A stretch of DNA of 64,000 nt from NCBI RefSeq assembly GCF_001194135.2, contig NC_068986.1, forward strand, positions 22,698,152-22,762,151, in the 5' to 3' direction. Positions 12,622 to 26,860 of this stretch are shown here, one piece after another. The notes beneath the pieces were generated by a model that worked only from the letters and a program-made list of their open reading frames with translations, was not told the origin of the DNA and made no database searches. The position numbers were made by a program, and so were the translations under genes. Numbering within the stretch: the stretch's first letter is position 1; each line of letters starts with the position of its first letter. This DNA is from Octopus bimaculoides (lineage: Eukaryota).

Positions 12622-12999
12622 GTGTTGTTGTTGTTGTTGGCACTCCGTCGCTTACGACGTCGAGGGTTTCAGTTGATCCGATCAACGGAACAGCCTGCTC
12701 GTGAAATTAACGTGCAAGTGGCTGAGCACTCCACAGACACGTGTACCCTTAACGTAGTTTTCAGGGATATTCAGCGTGACACAGTGTGACAAGGCTGGCC
12801 CTTTGAATTACAGGCACAACAGAAGCAGGAAGAAAGAGTGAGAGAAATTTGAGGTGAAAGAGTACAGCAGGGTTCACCACCATCCCCTGCCAGAGCCTCA
12901 TGGAGCTTTAGGTGTTTTTGCTTAATAAACACTCACAACGCCCGGTCTGGGAATCGAAACCGCGATCCTATGACCGAACGACTGGGCCATTGCGCCTCC
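12622..12999 (-). mobile_element. SINE family A, with a deletion in the tRNA head
   Basis: Reverse complement of the 4929 copy; degenerate TSD TGAATTGGTG/TGAGTTGGTG. Confidence 0.9.
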
Positions 13000-13343
13000 T
13001 GAGTTGGTGTTACAGAAGGAATATTGAACATCAGTAATGAAATAATTAAAAATATCAAAAACACTACACATGTGGTTATCAATACCCATATTAAAATGAT
13101 AATGATTTCAAATTTTGGCATAAGGCTAGCAATTTTCAGAGCGGGGGATGGTTAGTTACATCAGTCCCAGTACTCACCTAGTATTTGTTTTATCCACCTT
13201 GGAAGAATGATGAAACACCACTAAGCATTTTGTTTGATGTGCTAATGATTCTACAAGCTCGCTGCTTTAACCATAGAATGGTAATAATAAGTAAAATGCT
13301 TTGAGAGAAGTCAAAGTTCAGTTATACACTGATGTAAATTATA

Positions 13344-14602
13344 CATGGTCTGATCAATAAGTAGCCGGATTGTTGCCATAGTAACAAAGCTAAAGCATGC
13401 AGAGTGAAGCTGCTTGGCACAGATTGATCTTGAACTCTGCTGTGCATGTGCACTAAGTTTTAATGCTCTAGCTCACTTCTGCTGTTTACAGCAGTGCTTG
13501 GAAGGAACGTGTGTAGCGTGTGATCGTTGCATTGACCATGACAGAGAAAGTTGAGCAGAGAATCTGCATCAAATTTTGCCAAAAGCTTGGTGATATCTTC
13601 TCAGAGGCCTACTCAAAGTTGCAGAAAGTGTATGAGCTGCACACAAATGTACGAGTGGTTCAAATGTTTCCAAAATGGCTAAAAAAATGCTGATAGTGAC
13701 AAACGTTCTGGGAGCACCGCAACCAGCAGAACTGAGAAAAACATTGCAGATGTGCATGCAGCTGTGAGAGGGAATCGTTGAATCACCATCCGTGAGTTAT
13801 CAGAGGATGTGCAGATTAGCTATGGTTCAGTTCAGTCCATTATCACTGAAGATTTGGGTATGAGACATGTGTCTGCCAAGTTTGTGCCAAAACTGCTTTC
13901 AGCTGACCAAAAAGATAGTCAGGTTTCAGTTGCATAAGATCTCCTTGATTGTGTTGAGTTTTATGAAAACTGTCATAACAGGTGATGGATCGTGGGTCTA
14001 CTGTTATGATCCCGAAACAAAGGCTCAGTCTTCACAGTGGAAGACCCCAAACTCTCCGAGACCGAAGCAATGTGAAGACACTGCTGACTATTTTCTTTTA
14101 CTACATCATGAGTATGCTCCACTTGGTCAGACCAGTAAACAAGGAGTATTCTGTGACGTTTTGCGGCGTTTGTGGGATGCTATTGATCGGAAAATGCCAT
14201 AATTACATGCATCCGATGAGTGGCAATTGCACCATGACATTGCACCTACCCATTCAGTGCACATTGTGCAACAGCTTTTGGCTAGGCACAGCATTCCTCA
14301 GGTCCAACAGCCACCGTATTCCCCAGATCTCACCCCTTGCAACTTTTTCCTCTTTCCAAATATCAAATCCTGCTTGAAAGGAAGATTTCAGGACATCAAG
14401 GAAATCAAAGTGAATGCAATGATGCAGCTGCTGGTTATCCCAGAAAACCAGTTCCAGGAATGCTTCCATGGATGGAAACAGCACTGGATTAAGTGTGTCG
14501 CTTCCGAAAGGGACTACTTTGAAGGAGATTAAATGCCAAATTGGTACGTGTTGTAATTTTGTTTTTATGGCACCCGTCTTGATACTTAATGATCAAACCT
14601 AG
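13344..14602 (+). mobile_element. Decayed full-length mariner (DD34D-type) DNA transposon
   Basis: TA flanks at 13342-43 and 14603-04, degenerate ~28-bp TIRs. Transposase pieces MTEKVEQRICIKF (13538), TGDGSWVYCYDPE, LHHDIAPTH and YSPDLTPCNFFLF...YFEGD* (14532), broken by frameshifts. Confidence 0.93.
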
Positions 14603-14721
14603 TATGTATGGTTACAAAAATATTGATAAAAATTAATCTAAATAATTTCCTTGTATAAGTAAATATTGTGTTGTAATTGTTGAAAATAATTTCTGTATTT
14701 TAATTTTATGTTTGTTTTCAG

Positions 14722-14875
14722 TCCCAAGGGTCCTTTTGGAGTTCCAATACAGTACGAGAGGAGTTTCCGTTGGAAATTGGGTCAGTTCCGTTACTTATGC
14801 CACTCCAATGCACTTCAAGGTCACGTGAAAATCACTGTATCCAGAGATAATCTATTTGAAGATTCATTTACTCAA
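14722..14875 (+). CDS. WWP1: WWP exon, pre-HECT/HECT start ([16 protein letters not shown]...[12 protein letters not shown])
   Basis: tttcag|T ... CAA|gtaagt; motif typical of WWP1/WWP2/ITCH. Confidence 0.96.
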
Positions 14876-15025
14876 GTAAGTGTGACGTAGCTAATGTCTT
14901 TAGCAGACAGCTCCCTATTTATAAAGGTTTCTGCACCTAAGCAGATGTAACATAACTAATTTAAAATTTCAAGATTGTTTGACTCATCTGTTGTAATTTT
15001 ACTTCAGTTCTACATTTCAATCTGT

Positions 15026-15300
15026 GAAGCCGCATGGTCTAGTGGTTAGGTTGTTGCACTCATTATTGTGAGATCATGGTTTCAATTTCTGAACCAGGTG
15101 CTACATTTTGTTCTTGAGCAAATCACTTCATCTCATGTTGCTTTGTGATCACTTCAACACCTGACATGTAGTACACTGTACACCTGTTCAAGCAATGTTG
15201 ATTTGATGGAATGGGTGAGCTTATGTACAGCACATAACATTTGATCATTATAAACGAATCATTTGTGCCGGTTGTCCAGCAAGAAATTGCAGAACCATCT
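15026..15300 (+). mobile_element. Older tRNA-derived SINE family G
   Basis: A/B-box-like head; related sequence at 58885-59110(+), 2868-3080(-) and 60830-61030(-). Confidence 0.6.
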
Positions 15301-16174
15301 TTCTCAGACTACCATCACACATTTTAACCTGATTGTTCTTTAATCATTATTATGTGCCCTATTCCTTCAAATGTATACATACCTATAGGCTAGAGAAGAA
15401 TTAAAACCTTCATTTATAATATACGGTTTCAATCAGTGTTTCTCCTAAGCTGTGCTCTTGTGCATGCATGCCCATCACCTAGCATACAAGAGAGAAATGT
15501 GTGGACACACAGGTTTTGAAGAGGAAATCGAATTCTTTTAAGTTGAAGATGGTTACTTATGTGAATGTTCACATACTTTGTATGGACAGACCAAGTTAGG
15601 TAATATGAGATAATCACAAAACATACATAACTGTATAAAATCTCTTCTATTGATTTCTGATACAGATATGAGGCTACATATTTTGGGGATTACATCGACC
15701 TACAATACTTGACTGGTATTTTATTTTATTGACCTTATAAGAATGAAAAACAATCAACCCTGTTGTTTTTCTGACTCTGCCAGCCTACTGCCTTTTAGCC
15801 TCTAAATGTTCATACTATGTATCCTTGTCTTGATATCATGTAATGGTTGTAAATGAGCATTCCTGTCATACATTCTTCTATCAAAAACATGTCAGTCCTT
15901 GCATGGAAACAGATAAGGATTGATAACAAGATGAGCCTCAGGCCACAAAGAATCTGCCTCAACAAATTCTGTCTTACTCATACAAGCATGAGAAAGCTGA
16001 CATTATATGATGTTGTTTTAACAGAATATTTTCAAAAGAAAAACATTCCCATCTGATTCTTCCTGAATCAGATGGGAACCTATAAGATTTGTTTGATATT
16101 TGTCTGTATAAAATGGTTAATTTTTAAAAACTGATTTTTCTACTTCATATGTCCCTGTTATTGCACTGCTTTAG

Positions 16175-16324
<150 letters not shown>

Positions 16325-16350
16325 TAAATCTTTGTTTATTTGCCTTCCTG

Positions 16351-16388
<38 letters not shown>

Positions 16389-17542
16389 ATTTCTTTCTTT
16401 CTCNNNNNNNNNNNNNNNNCTCTCTCTCTCTCTCCTTTTATTTTTAAACTGAGATCACATTATCTAATATGCCATTCCTTTTGCAAGATAATAAAGTAAT
16501 TTTTTTTGTGGGGGGGGGGGGTTGGCTGCTATTTGTAGTAGGTCAAGAATCCACACCGAGAATCACTTGTTGGCTTGCCTTGTCACTAATAATGGTGTCT
16601 TCAATGAATTTTTGTTGATATTTATTTCTATCTTGCCCAACTTGATTTCTTCCTTCTTCTTAATAGTTTTCATAAACATTATATTTGTTTGATAGTTGGT
16701 GCAGGCATGTCTGCATGGTTAAGAACTTTAATTCCAATCCACACGGTTTTGGGTTCAGTTCTCGTTGACACCTTGAGCCCCAGGTTGACTAAACTTTGTG
16801 TGCAGATTTAGTAAATAGTAACTGAAAGAAATCTGTCGTGTGTGTTATACAAGTAGTGTTCTTTGTTTCCAGACTTTTGTAAAAACATGTCAGGCCATGG
16901 GGAAATATTGGTGATAAGAAGGGCCTCTAGCTGTGGAAAATCTGCCTCATCAAATTCTATCCAACACATGTGAGCATGGATAAGTGGATGATAAAATAAT
17001 GATGATGATCATCCTGCTTTCTGTGCTGTTATGGATTACATGGGTTGTCAAACTTCAAGTTGGTTCTTTTTTAAAGTTACTGCCTTCCTGCTTATGGTTG
17101 GAGGAACACGTTATATTTCAGTTATAGTTTCTTTTGATGGAGACCCTTCCTAACACTAACCATTTTACAGAGTGTACTTGGTGTATTTTATTGTGGTACT
17201 AGCACCAGAGAGGTTGTCATGTTCTTAACAAGACCAAAAAAAAAAAATAATAAAGCTACATGAAGATTAATTGGAATCTTTTATCATATAAATTTTAATA
17301 AAGTAATTAAATAATCTAGAAGTTATTTCAATTTATTATTACAATTACCCATCACCATAATTTAAGCTGATAACAAATGGTTACCGTCAGCTTGTAAAAG
17401 CTCTGAGGACTAACGCAATACCAATTGAAAAGAAATAAAAATAAATGTTTTTATAAAGGATTGAGAAAAATAGACAACAGTAGAACAAATATTGCAAAAC
17501 TTCACTAATTTTTTTTTTTTTTTGTTAAACTGTCTATTGTAA

Positions 17543-17770
<228 letters not shown>

Positions 17771-19320
17771 TAATGACAGAAGTTGATCCACACCTAGTTA
17801 AATGCTGTCTGTTAGACTTCGATTATTTACAATAGAGCTTAGTTTCTAGGCATACCTTGTTTCGAAAACGATTCACTTATAATTCATTAAAACCATCTTA
17901 CTTGATATAACTCACTGGTATCTAAGTGTATGTTCACCATATTTAATGTGGTGAGCATAACTTTGAGACTGTTATGTCAGTGTTATAAAGATCCCAAAGA
18001 CTATGTAACTAATCCAAACAAAGACAAGGGAGACAATTAAAAAAAAATGTTTTTGATGAATTGATACCGTTGCTATTATGTTAAACTGTCGTATGTCCAA
18101 ATTTAACCAAATGTTTTTATCCCAATATTTATTTTTGCTTTTGGTCAAACTATCGTATCTCCAGCTGCTTCAGATGCCAAGATATCAAAGCATAGTACAG
18201 CGGTTTTGTTATGGAATGGAGAAAATAGTTTTACATTTTCTGAAAAAAAGCAACGTTTTGGACCCCCGACTCTTTTGCATCTTATATGCCTTGTAGATGC
18301 ACACAAATTACATGCTTGTTTGACCTGCTAACCCAAAGGCAATGCTTTCTACTATAGACACAAAGCCTGTTGTTTTATGGGAGGGGGAATAATCGATTAC
18401 ATCACCCCCCTCCCCATATTGCTCACCTGGTACTTTATTGTATCGAAAGGATGAAAAGCAAAGTTGACTTTCGTAGTATTTCGTCCCAGAACTTAGGGAG
18501 CCAGAAGTAATACTGCTTAGCCCTTTGTTCGATGAACCAGCAGTTCTTTCAGCTTGCTACCTGTACTAACTCAAAGACAGTGAGTTCATATCTTGGCACT
18601 GGCATCAACCATGCTTGAATGGTGCTTTTTACATGTCATAATGAAGTGCAACATTGTCCAATTTCTGTAGCATTGCAAGATCCTAATATGTCTCTTACTA
18701 TCTAACCCATGTTCGCATTTGAAATCTTGTATAAATACATTTATGATACATAGGTGTCTCTATGCTGTCTAAACTGGTTATAAGTTTAATATTATTAAAC
18801 TGTAAATACCTATATTTTCTCTACTTTGTCCAAAGAAGATGGGACAGTGTTTTGTAGTTTTGCAGTACTTCCCAGATTTGTTAGGTTGATGCAGTTACAA
18901 TTTAACTCATAGCTTTATAAGTTGTCATAAGGAAAAGAGTGGGTTGAATGTGATTTTCAAAAATTAGCATTTCAGAAGCTGAAGATTTGGGAATGAGATT
19001 TAGTGGCTGCAATAGAGTAGAGATAACTGGAGGAGAAAAATTAGTTGTGGGGTGCTATGAATGGCTTTTGGTTCAAGTAGTAAACTGTTTGCTAGTTTAA
19101 AGGTTCAGAAAAGGTAGAGGTAACAGTAGTGACATTAAGCTTGTGACTGAGTGAAATATTTGCTAATCAATTTTGAATTGTGATCTAAAACGTCTGAGTA
19201 TTTCCTTTGTTTTTTTCCCTAATGAACAGGTTTTGTAATTTGTTGTGCTTGCACTTTGAGCAAGTTCAGTAACTTGTAAGAGCTTGCTTTCTTAAACTTT
19301 CTCTCTGTTTCTCATTGTAG

Positions 19321-19455
<135 letters not shown>

Positions 19456-20144
19456 TAAGTTGGTAATTTCTTTTAAAACTAGAGTTGATATTGGCACCTA
19501 AAATTAGGCTTTGGACAAGATCACTGAAATACAATTGGATCTTAGTCTGCCCTTTTTTTGCTTTTAGTATAAATTATATTTACTAAACATTATGTAAAGT
19601 TGAACATCATGTGGAAGTCAATGCAATATTCTTTTATTGTCTTATGTAGTAGTGTAATACACTAGTGTAGAACAAACAAAAGGATTTTGTCAGTATTAAA
19701 GAACAATCAAGACTATTGACCAGTTAATGCATAAATTTGAATTAATTTGATAAATAATAGAAAGCTAGTTTTATTTTATTTACTGCTCTCAACCATTGAG
19801 CTCTGGCTGTGCTGGGGTGCTGGTAGAAAAAAATGTGCATAAATTATTGCACTGTACATGTCTGATGAGGATAACTGTTATCAAGATTTTTATTTTTCCA
19901 TGCTAGCAGCACAATTTTGCTTTACAAATTTAGACATTTGCATTCTATTGCTGCAAAAGTTTTCAGAACTAGATGCTCTTCTTTATACTAACCACACTAC
20001 TTTGAACTTGTTAGTCAGCATAGCTGAAACATGCAGAATTATGTTCTTTGTATAAAGGTACAATGTAGCAAGGTTTGACCTCATGTAGTCAGTTTCCTAG
20101 TATCTTTATGATTCAGTGATTTTTCAAACACTGAAATAAAATGA

Positions 20145-20351
<207 letters not shown>

Positions 20352-21613
20352 TGAGTTATATTGATTGTCAAGGATTTCACACTAACTTCTTACTTATTAT
20401 TCTGCTATTCTAGTTGATTGTGACCAGGTAATCAAGTGAGAACAGACCTAAGTTTATCAAGCTGTTGCATAATTTTGAAGACTCACATAGAGGAAGAGCT
20501 CAGAATAATTAATGTGACATTTATGCATTTGGGTTTTTTCTTTTCCCTTGAATGACTGAATTTTTTCATTGTTTTTTATCATAGTTTTATGACTTTCTTC
20601 TTCCCTATAAATAGAAAGATGAACACAAAGGGAATTACAGAGAGAAGAAAGACTGTATAACATGCTTTGTGTAGGAGTGTGAGTGAGGATAAAAAAATTG
20701 AGAAAGTAAATGATCTTTAAGTTAGTTTAACTAAGGAAATTAAAATGTAATAGAGGTAAATGGGATCATGGCAGAAGAGCTTTTGAGGAGCCACTCTTTA
20801 GCATGCATCTATAGATTGAGGCTGTGGTTTTTGTCTTGGATGAGATCTAAATGGCATATATTAGGAAAGAGTATCATTGAATTGAAAGCAATATTCTAAA
20901 AACGAGAATATTTATGGTTTATTAAGGATTAGCAGCTGATTTAGTTTAAATTTTTAAAGAGGAATCCCATCTTTTGTTGAATAATTTTGACTTTGAATTT
21001 GTGAAATTGTCAGAGAAATTTATATAATGTCACTATCAAATCATCATAGCTCTTGAGTGAGGTTGGACCCAGTAATATGAATCCACAGTGGCTGGCTATT
21101 TCCTCAACTGCTGTTCATAACCTAAAAATATTGAAGAAGGGAGTCACAATTGAAACTTAACCCCTTGCAAATCTACTATTATGCTTGTGTTCCCCATTCT
21201 ATGTCAAACCTAAGCTTCTGTACTAGAGGGTGGAAACTGAAAATTACCTTATTTCATTCATTTTTGAAAATGTCTGTATGGAACTGAGTGAGAATTCGGT
21301 GCTGACAAATGCAATGTTAAATTAGGTACATTACTATAACATACCTTAATCTTGTAGGTTTCTGACTTGAAACCTCAATTACTTAAAACATATTTGATAT
21401 ACCTGAGGTTAATGAAATAAACCCAATCAAATACTGAGGTGAAGTGTATGTTTGACCTTTCTTGTCTTTTAGTAGTGCAACTAATAAGAATGCAGTTAGG
21501 GTATCATCTGGTAACAAGTTGATTGTTTTCCTATAGAATGTAGCAAATGTGTTTCATGCTTCTATACACATCTTTCTTTCATACTAAGGACTTTTATAAC
21601 TGACATGTTATGA

Positions 21614-21850
<237 letters not shown>

Positions 21851-22378
21851 TGATGTAGCTGTTCAAATGCTAATGCAGCAGTTGTGTATACTCTACAAAC
21901 AAGTTTAATTATTCTACTTGTCTCAGATCAATGTTTGAGCATAAATTGATGTTGCAGTTGTTTTCATAAATACTATTATGGAGGATACAATGAATGAATT
22001 TCTGCAACTTCAAATCTTCTCTGAACCTCAATTCTAACAACCTTTGCTATGCATGTTAAACATTCGTTTCTTCAAGACAGTAGGCTGAGCATTGCAAGAT
22101 CAACAAATGAGACTAACACTGATGGTTTCAAGGAAGCCAAATTAAAAACCAAAATAATAAGAATAGATTATTGATAGGGAATGTCTAATTGGAAGGCACA
22201 TGGCCTAGTGTAATATTCTAGATCAATGGTGAAGACTAAACCATAGCTGATGGGTTGAGTATGCGTTAATACACGTTTGTTAATCTCTTGTCTATGTAAA
22301 ATGATAAGATATTTTAGTTTCTAAACGGCTGTAAACTATTGTGATTGTTTAACATTGGTCCCTTCTCTCTATGTCTAG

Positions 22379-22513
<135 letters not shown>

Positions 22514-22835
22514 TGATCACATTTTTGTTCTTTCTTTTATACATTTTTTTTTTTCATAATGTTAATTTGCATAAAAGATAGTGCACAAATTAATAGAAGG
22601 ATTGGCAGGGTATTAAGGACATCATCTCATGTATGCATGAAAGGTAACTACATTGGTATTAATATATGTGGTGCGAATATTTGATGAATACTGGGTGCAA
22701 AAGTGTTATGCACTATCAGTCGAGGACAGCTCTAGTGTAAGAATAAGGAGTCTTGAGAAAGAAAGGGTGAGCTCAGATCTCAGGGTACTGGATTTCACAG
22801 ATAAGATGACAAAATATTGAGATGAATGGTGATAG

Positions 22836-23210
<375 letters not shown>

Positions 23211-23218
23211 TAAGGTAA

Positions 23219-23491
<273 letters not shown>

Positions 23492-23627
23492 ACCATTCCT
23501 TTATGTCTTGACTCCTGATTTTTCCCCCCACTTACCCCACTTCAAGGATGCAGATTTAAGTTGATAGAATCAAAAATATTTTGCCCAAACAGTTGTTTGA
23601 AAGCTTATACCCTTAATAATTGCAGCC

Positions 23628-23633
23628 CAATAA
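23628..23633 (+). promoter_or_regulatory. Candidate proximal polyadenylation signal (AATAAA) of the WWP gene
   Basis: First AATAAA about 135 nt after the stop codon; more distal signals are also possible. Confidence 0.35.
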
Positions 23634-23824
23634 AAATGTTATATAATTACACATACATACATATACATATTTGTTTGTGTATCTGTGTGTATGTGTGAGT
23701 GTGTGTGTGTTTATGAATGCTATATATGTAAACATCTAGGTTGGGGGGTGGTTAGGCCACCAAGAAGAGAAAAACTTAAAAGTATTTGGTCTGAATATCA
23801 CTATATTTTGTCTTTGTGTGTGTG

Positions 23825-23871
<47 letters not shown>

Positions 23872-23977
23872 ATGTTTATACATATATCTCTGTATATTTG
23901 TGCATATATGTATGTTTTGCATATATGTATATTATGTATATAAATATGTGTATATATCAATGTATGTATGTATATAT

Positions 23978-24650
23978 ATGCCTGGGAAAAGCACCACTGA
24001 TGCTATATTTCTGGTAAGACAGCTTCAAGAGAAATACCTAGCCAAGGATAAACCTCTGTATCTGGCTTTCGTTGACATGGAGAAAGCCTTTGACATGGTC
24101 CCCCGATCCCTCATCTGGTGGTCAATGAGGAAACTAGGGATAGAAGAATGGTTAGTGAGAGCTGTGCGAGCCATGTACAGAGGCGCTGTCAGTAAGGTGA
24201 GGGTTGGCAATGAGTACACTGAAGAATTCCGGGTAGAGGAAGACCTCATCCCAGGTCTTCCTGGGCCTACCTCTTCCACAGGTTCCCTCAACTGCTAGGG
24301 TGTGGCACTTTTTCACACAGCTATCCTCATCCACTCTCGCCACATGACCATACCAGCGCAATCCGAGCGAGATCGTTGCCAGTGCCGCTGGACTGGCTCC
24401 TGTGCAGGTGGCATGTAAAATACACCATTTTGAGCGTGGCCATTGCCAGTACCGCCTGACAGGATTTTGTGCTGGTGGCACGTAAAAGCATCCACTACAC
24501 TCTCGGAGTGGTTGGCGTTAGGAAGGGCATCCAGCTGTAGAAACTCTGCCATACCAGATTGGAGCCTGATGTGGCCATCTGGTTCACCAGTCCTCAGTCA
24601 AAACGTCCAACCCATGCTAGCATGGAAAGCGGACGTTAAACGATGATGAT
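23978..24650 (+). mobile_element. Rearranged RTE-clade LINE remnant: RT fragment (+), inverted C-terminal fragment (-), family B element (+)
   Basis: KSTTDAIFLVRQLQEK...FVDMEKAFD on + (23978-24240); LRWYGHV...GRGRPRKTWDEV on - (24243-24362). Confidence 0.88.
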
Positions 24651-24660
24651 ATATATATAT

Positions 24661-24694
<34 letters not shown>

Positions 24695-25467
24695 ACATAC
24701 ACACACACACACACCATAGCGGTTAACAGTTTATAGGAATGGCCAGGCCACGTCATCATCATCATCATCGTCGTCTAACGTCCGCTTTCCATGCTAGCAT
24801 GGGTTGGACGATTTGACTGAGGACTGGTGAAACCAGATGGCTACATCAGGCTCAAAGAATTCAAGGGGTTATGTTTTAGTGTCAAAACCTTTGATTTAAA
24901 GCAATGGGCCTGACAAAATATATATTCTGTATTACCTGGAGGCTTGCCAGAGCTCTCTCTCTCTCTCTCTGTGTCTCTCTGATGCAACTTTGGTTAAAAC
25001 CAGGTGTGTATTTTGTTAGGTTAGAATTTGCATATGTGTGCTAATGTATGTAAAATCGTATAATGTATATATTCTAAAAGTATATATATGTAAGTATTAT
25101 CTGATTAATACTAAATTCATTGGCTAAGGGAACAGATGTGTTTATCATATCAAGAAATGGTGGTCGTTTCTGATCAGCCAGGCATCTGAAGTGGACTGTT
25201 AATTTTTGATATAGCAGACATATCTTATAAATATATATATAGATGTGTATGTATATAATGATATGTGTATATGTATATATACATGTGAGAGTTAGTGTAC
25301 ATACATTTAAAGCTGTTTGTGTGTGTGCATACACATATATGTACATACATACACATATTTTTGGTTAGTTATATAGCTCTCTAAATGATTAAATGCTTCA
25401 CCTAAAGAAATTAAGATGTGCCCTGTGAAACTCATTTGTGTGTCTAGCTACCTTGCATGTGTGCATA

Positions 25468-25498
<31 letters not shown>

Positions 25499-25871
25499 GT
25501 GTACATACGTGTAAACAATTATATAGAAAATAGCTTCCTCTTTTGCATCAAACAGAGATTTGTTGTGGAATGTAATAAATCTCATTGTATAGCTACACAG
25601 ATCTCTTTGCTGTGAAAGACTTAATCATAAGACACCTGTTTATTTGTATATATATATATCTGCACACACACACAAATACTTAAACCACTTTGGTGGTAGT
25701 TCAACTGGCAATGTGCCAGCCGAAGCACAAAAACGGAACTTTCGTGGTTGTGCCCAGCCATCCTTTTACCACTCTCTTTTATTCCTTTGTCACATTTTCT
25801 GTGGAGCTAAACATTCCTCAGCTAACTGATGCCATGCCATGGATTTGGTGTACTGAGATTTCTGTTTCACA

Positions 25872-25912
<41 letters not shown>

Positions 25913-26860
25913 NNNNNNNNNNNNNNNNNNNNNNNNNNNNNNNNNNNNNNNNNNNNNNNNNNNNNNNNNNNNNNNNNNNNNNNNNNNNNNNNNNNNNNNN
26001 NNNNNNNNNNNNNNNNNNNNNNNNNNNNNNNNNNNNNNNNNNNNNNNNNNNNNNNNNNNNNNNNNNNNNNNNNNNNNNNNNNNNNNNNNNNNNNNNNNNN
26101 NNNNNNNNNNNNNNNNNNNNNNNNNNNNNNNNNNNNNNNNNNNNNNNNNNNNNNNNNNNNNNNNNNNNNNNNNNNNNNNNNNNNNNNNNNNNNNNNNNNN
26201 NNNNNNNNNNNNNNNNNNNNNNNNNNNNNNNNNNNNNNNNNNNNNNNNNNNNNNNNNNNNNNNNNNNNNNNNNNNNNNNNNNNNNNNNNNNNNNNNNNNN
26301 NNNNNNNNNNNNNNNNNNNNNNNNNNNNNNNNNNNNNNNNNNNNNNNNNNNNNNNNNNNNNNNNNNNNNNNNNNNNNNNNNNNNNNNNNNNNNNNNNNNN
26401 NNNNNNNNNNNNNNNNNNNNNNNNNNNNNNNNNNNNNNNNNNNNNNNNNNNNNNNNNNNNNNNNNNNNNNNNNNNNNNNNNNNNNNNNNNNNNNNNNNNN
26501 NNNNNNNNNNNNNNNNNNNNNNNNNNNNNNNNNNNNNNNNNNNNNNNNNNNNNNNNNNNNNNNNNNNNNNNNNNNNNNNNNNNNNNNNNNNNNNNNNNNN
26601 NNNNNNNNNNNNNNNNNNNNNNNNNNNNNNNNNNNNNNNNNNNNNNNNNNNNNNNNNNNNNNNNNNNNNNNNNNNNNNNNNNNNNNNNNNNNNNNNNNNN
26701 NNNNNNNNNNNNNNNNNNNNNNNNNNNNNNNNNNNNNNNNNNNNNNNNNNNNNNNNNNNNNNNNNNNNNNNNNNNNNNNNNNNNNNNNNNNNNNNNNNNN
26801 NNNNNNNNNNNNNNNNNNNNNNNNNNNNNNNNNNNNNNNNNNNNNNNNNNNNNNNNNNNC
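25913..26860. other. Assembly gap (N run)
   Basis: Other large gaps at 30072-30232, 31892-31991, 39031-39778 and 62450-62549, most beside (TA)n or (CA)n. Confidence 1.
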
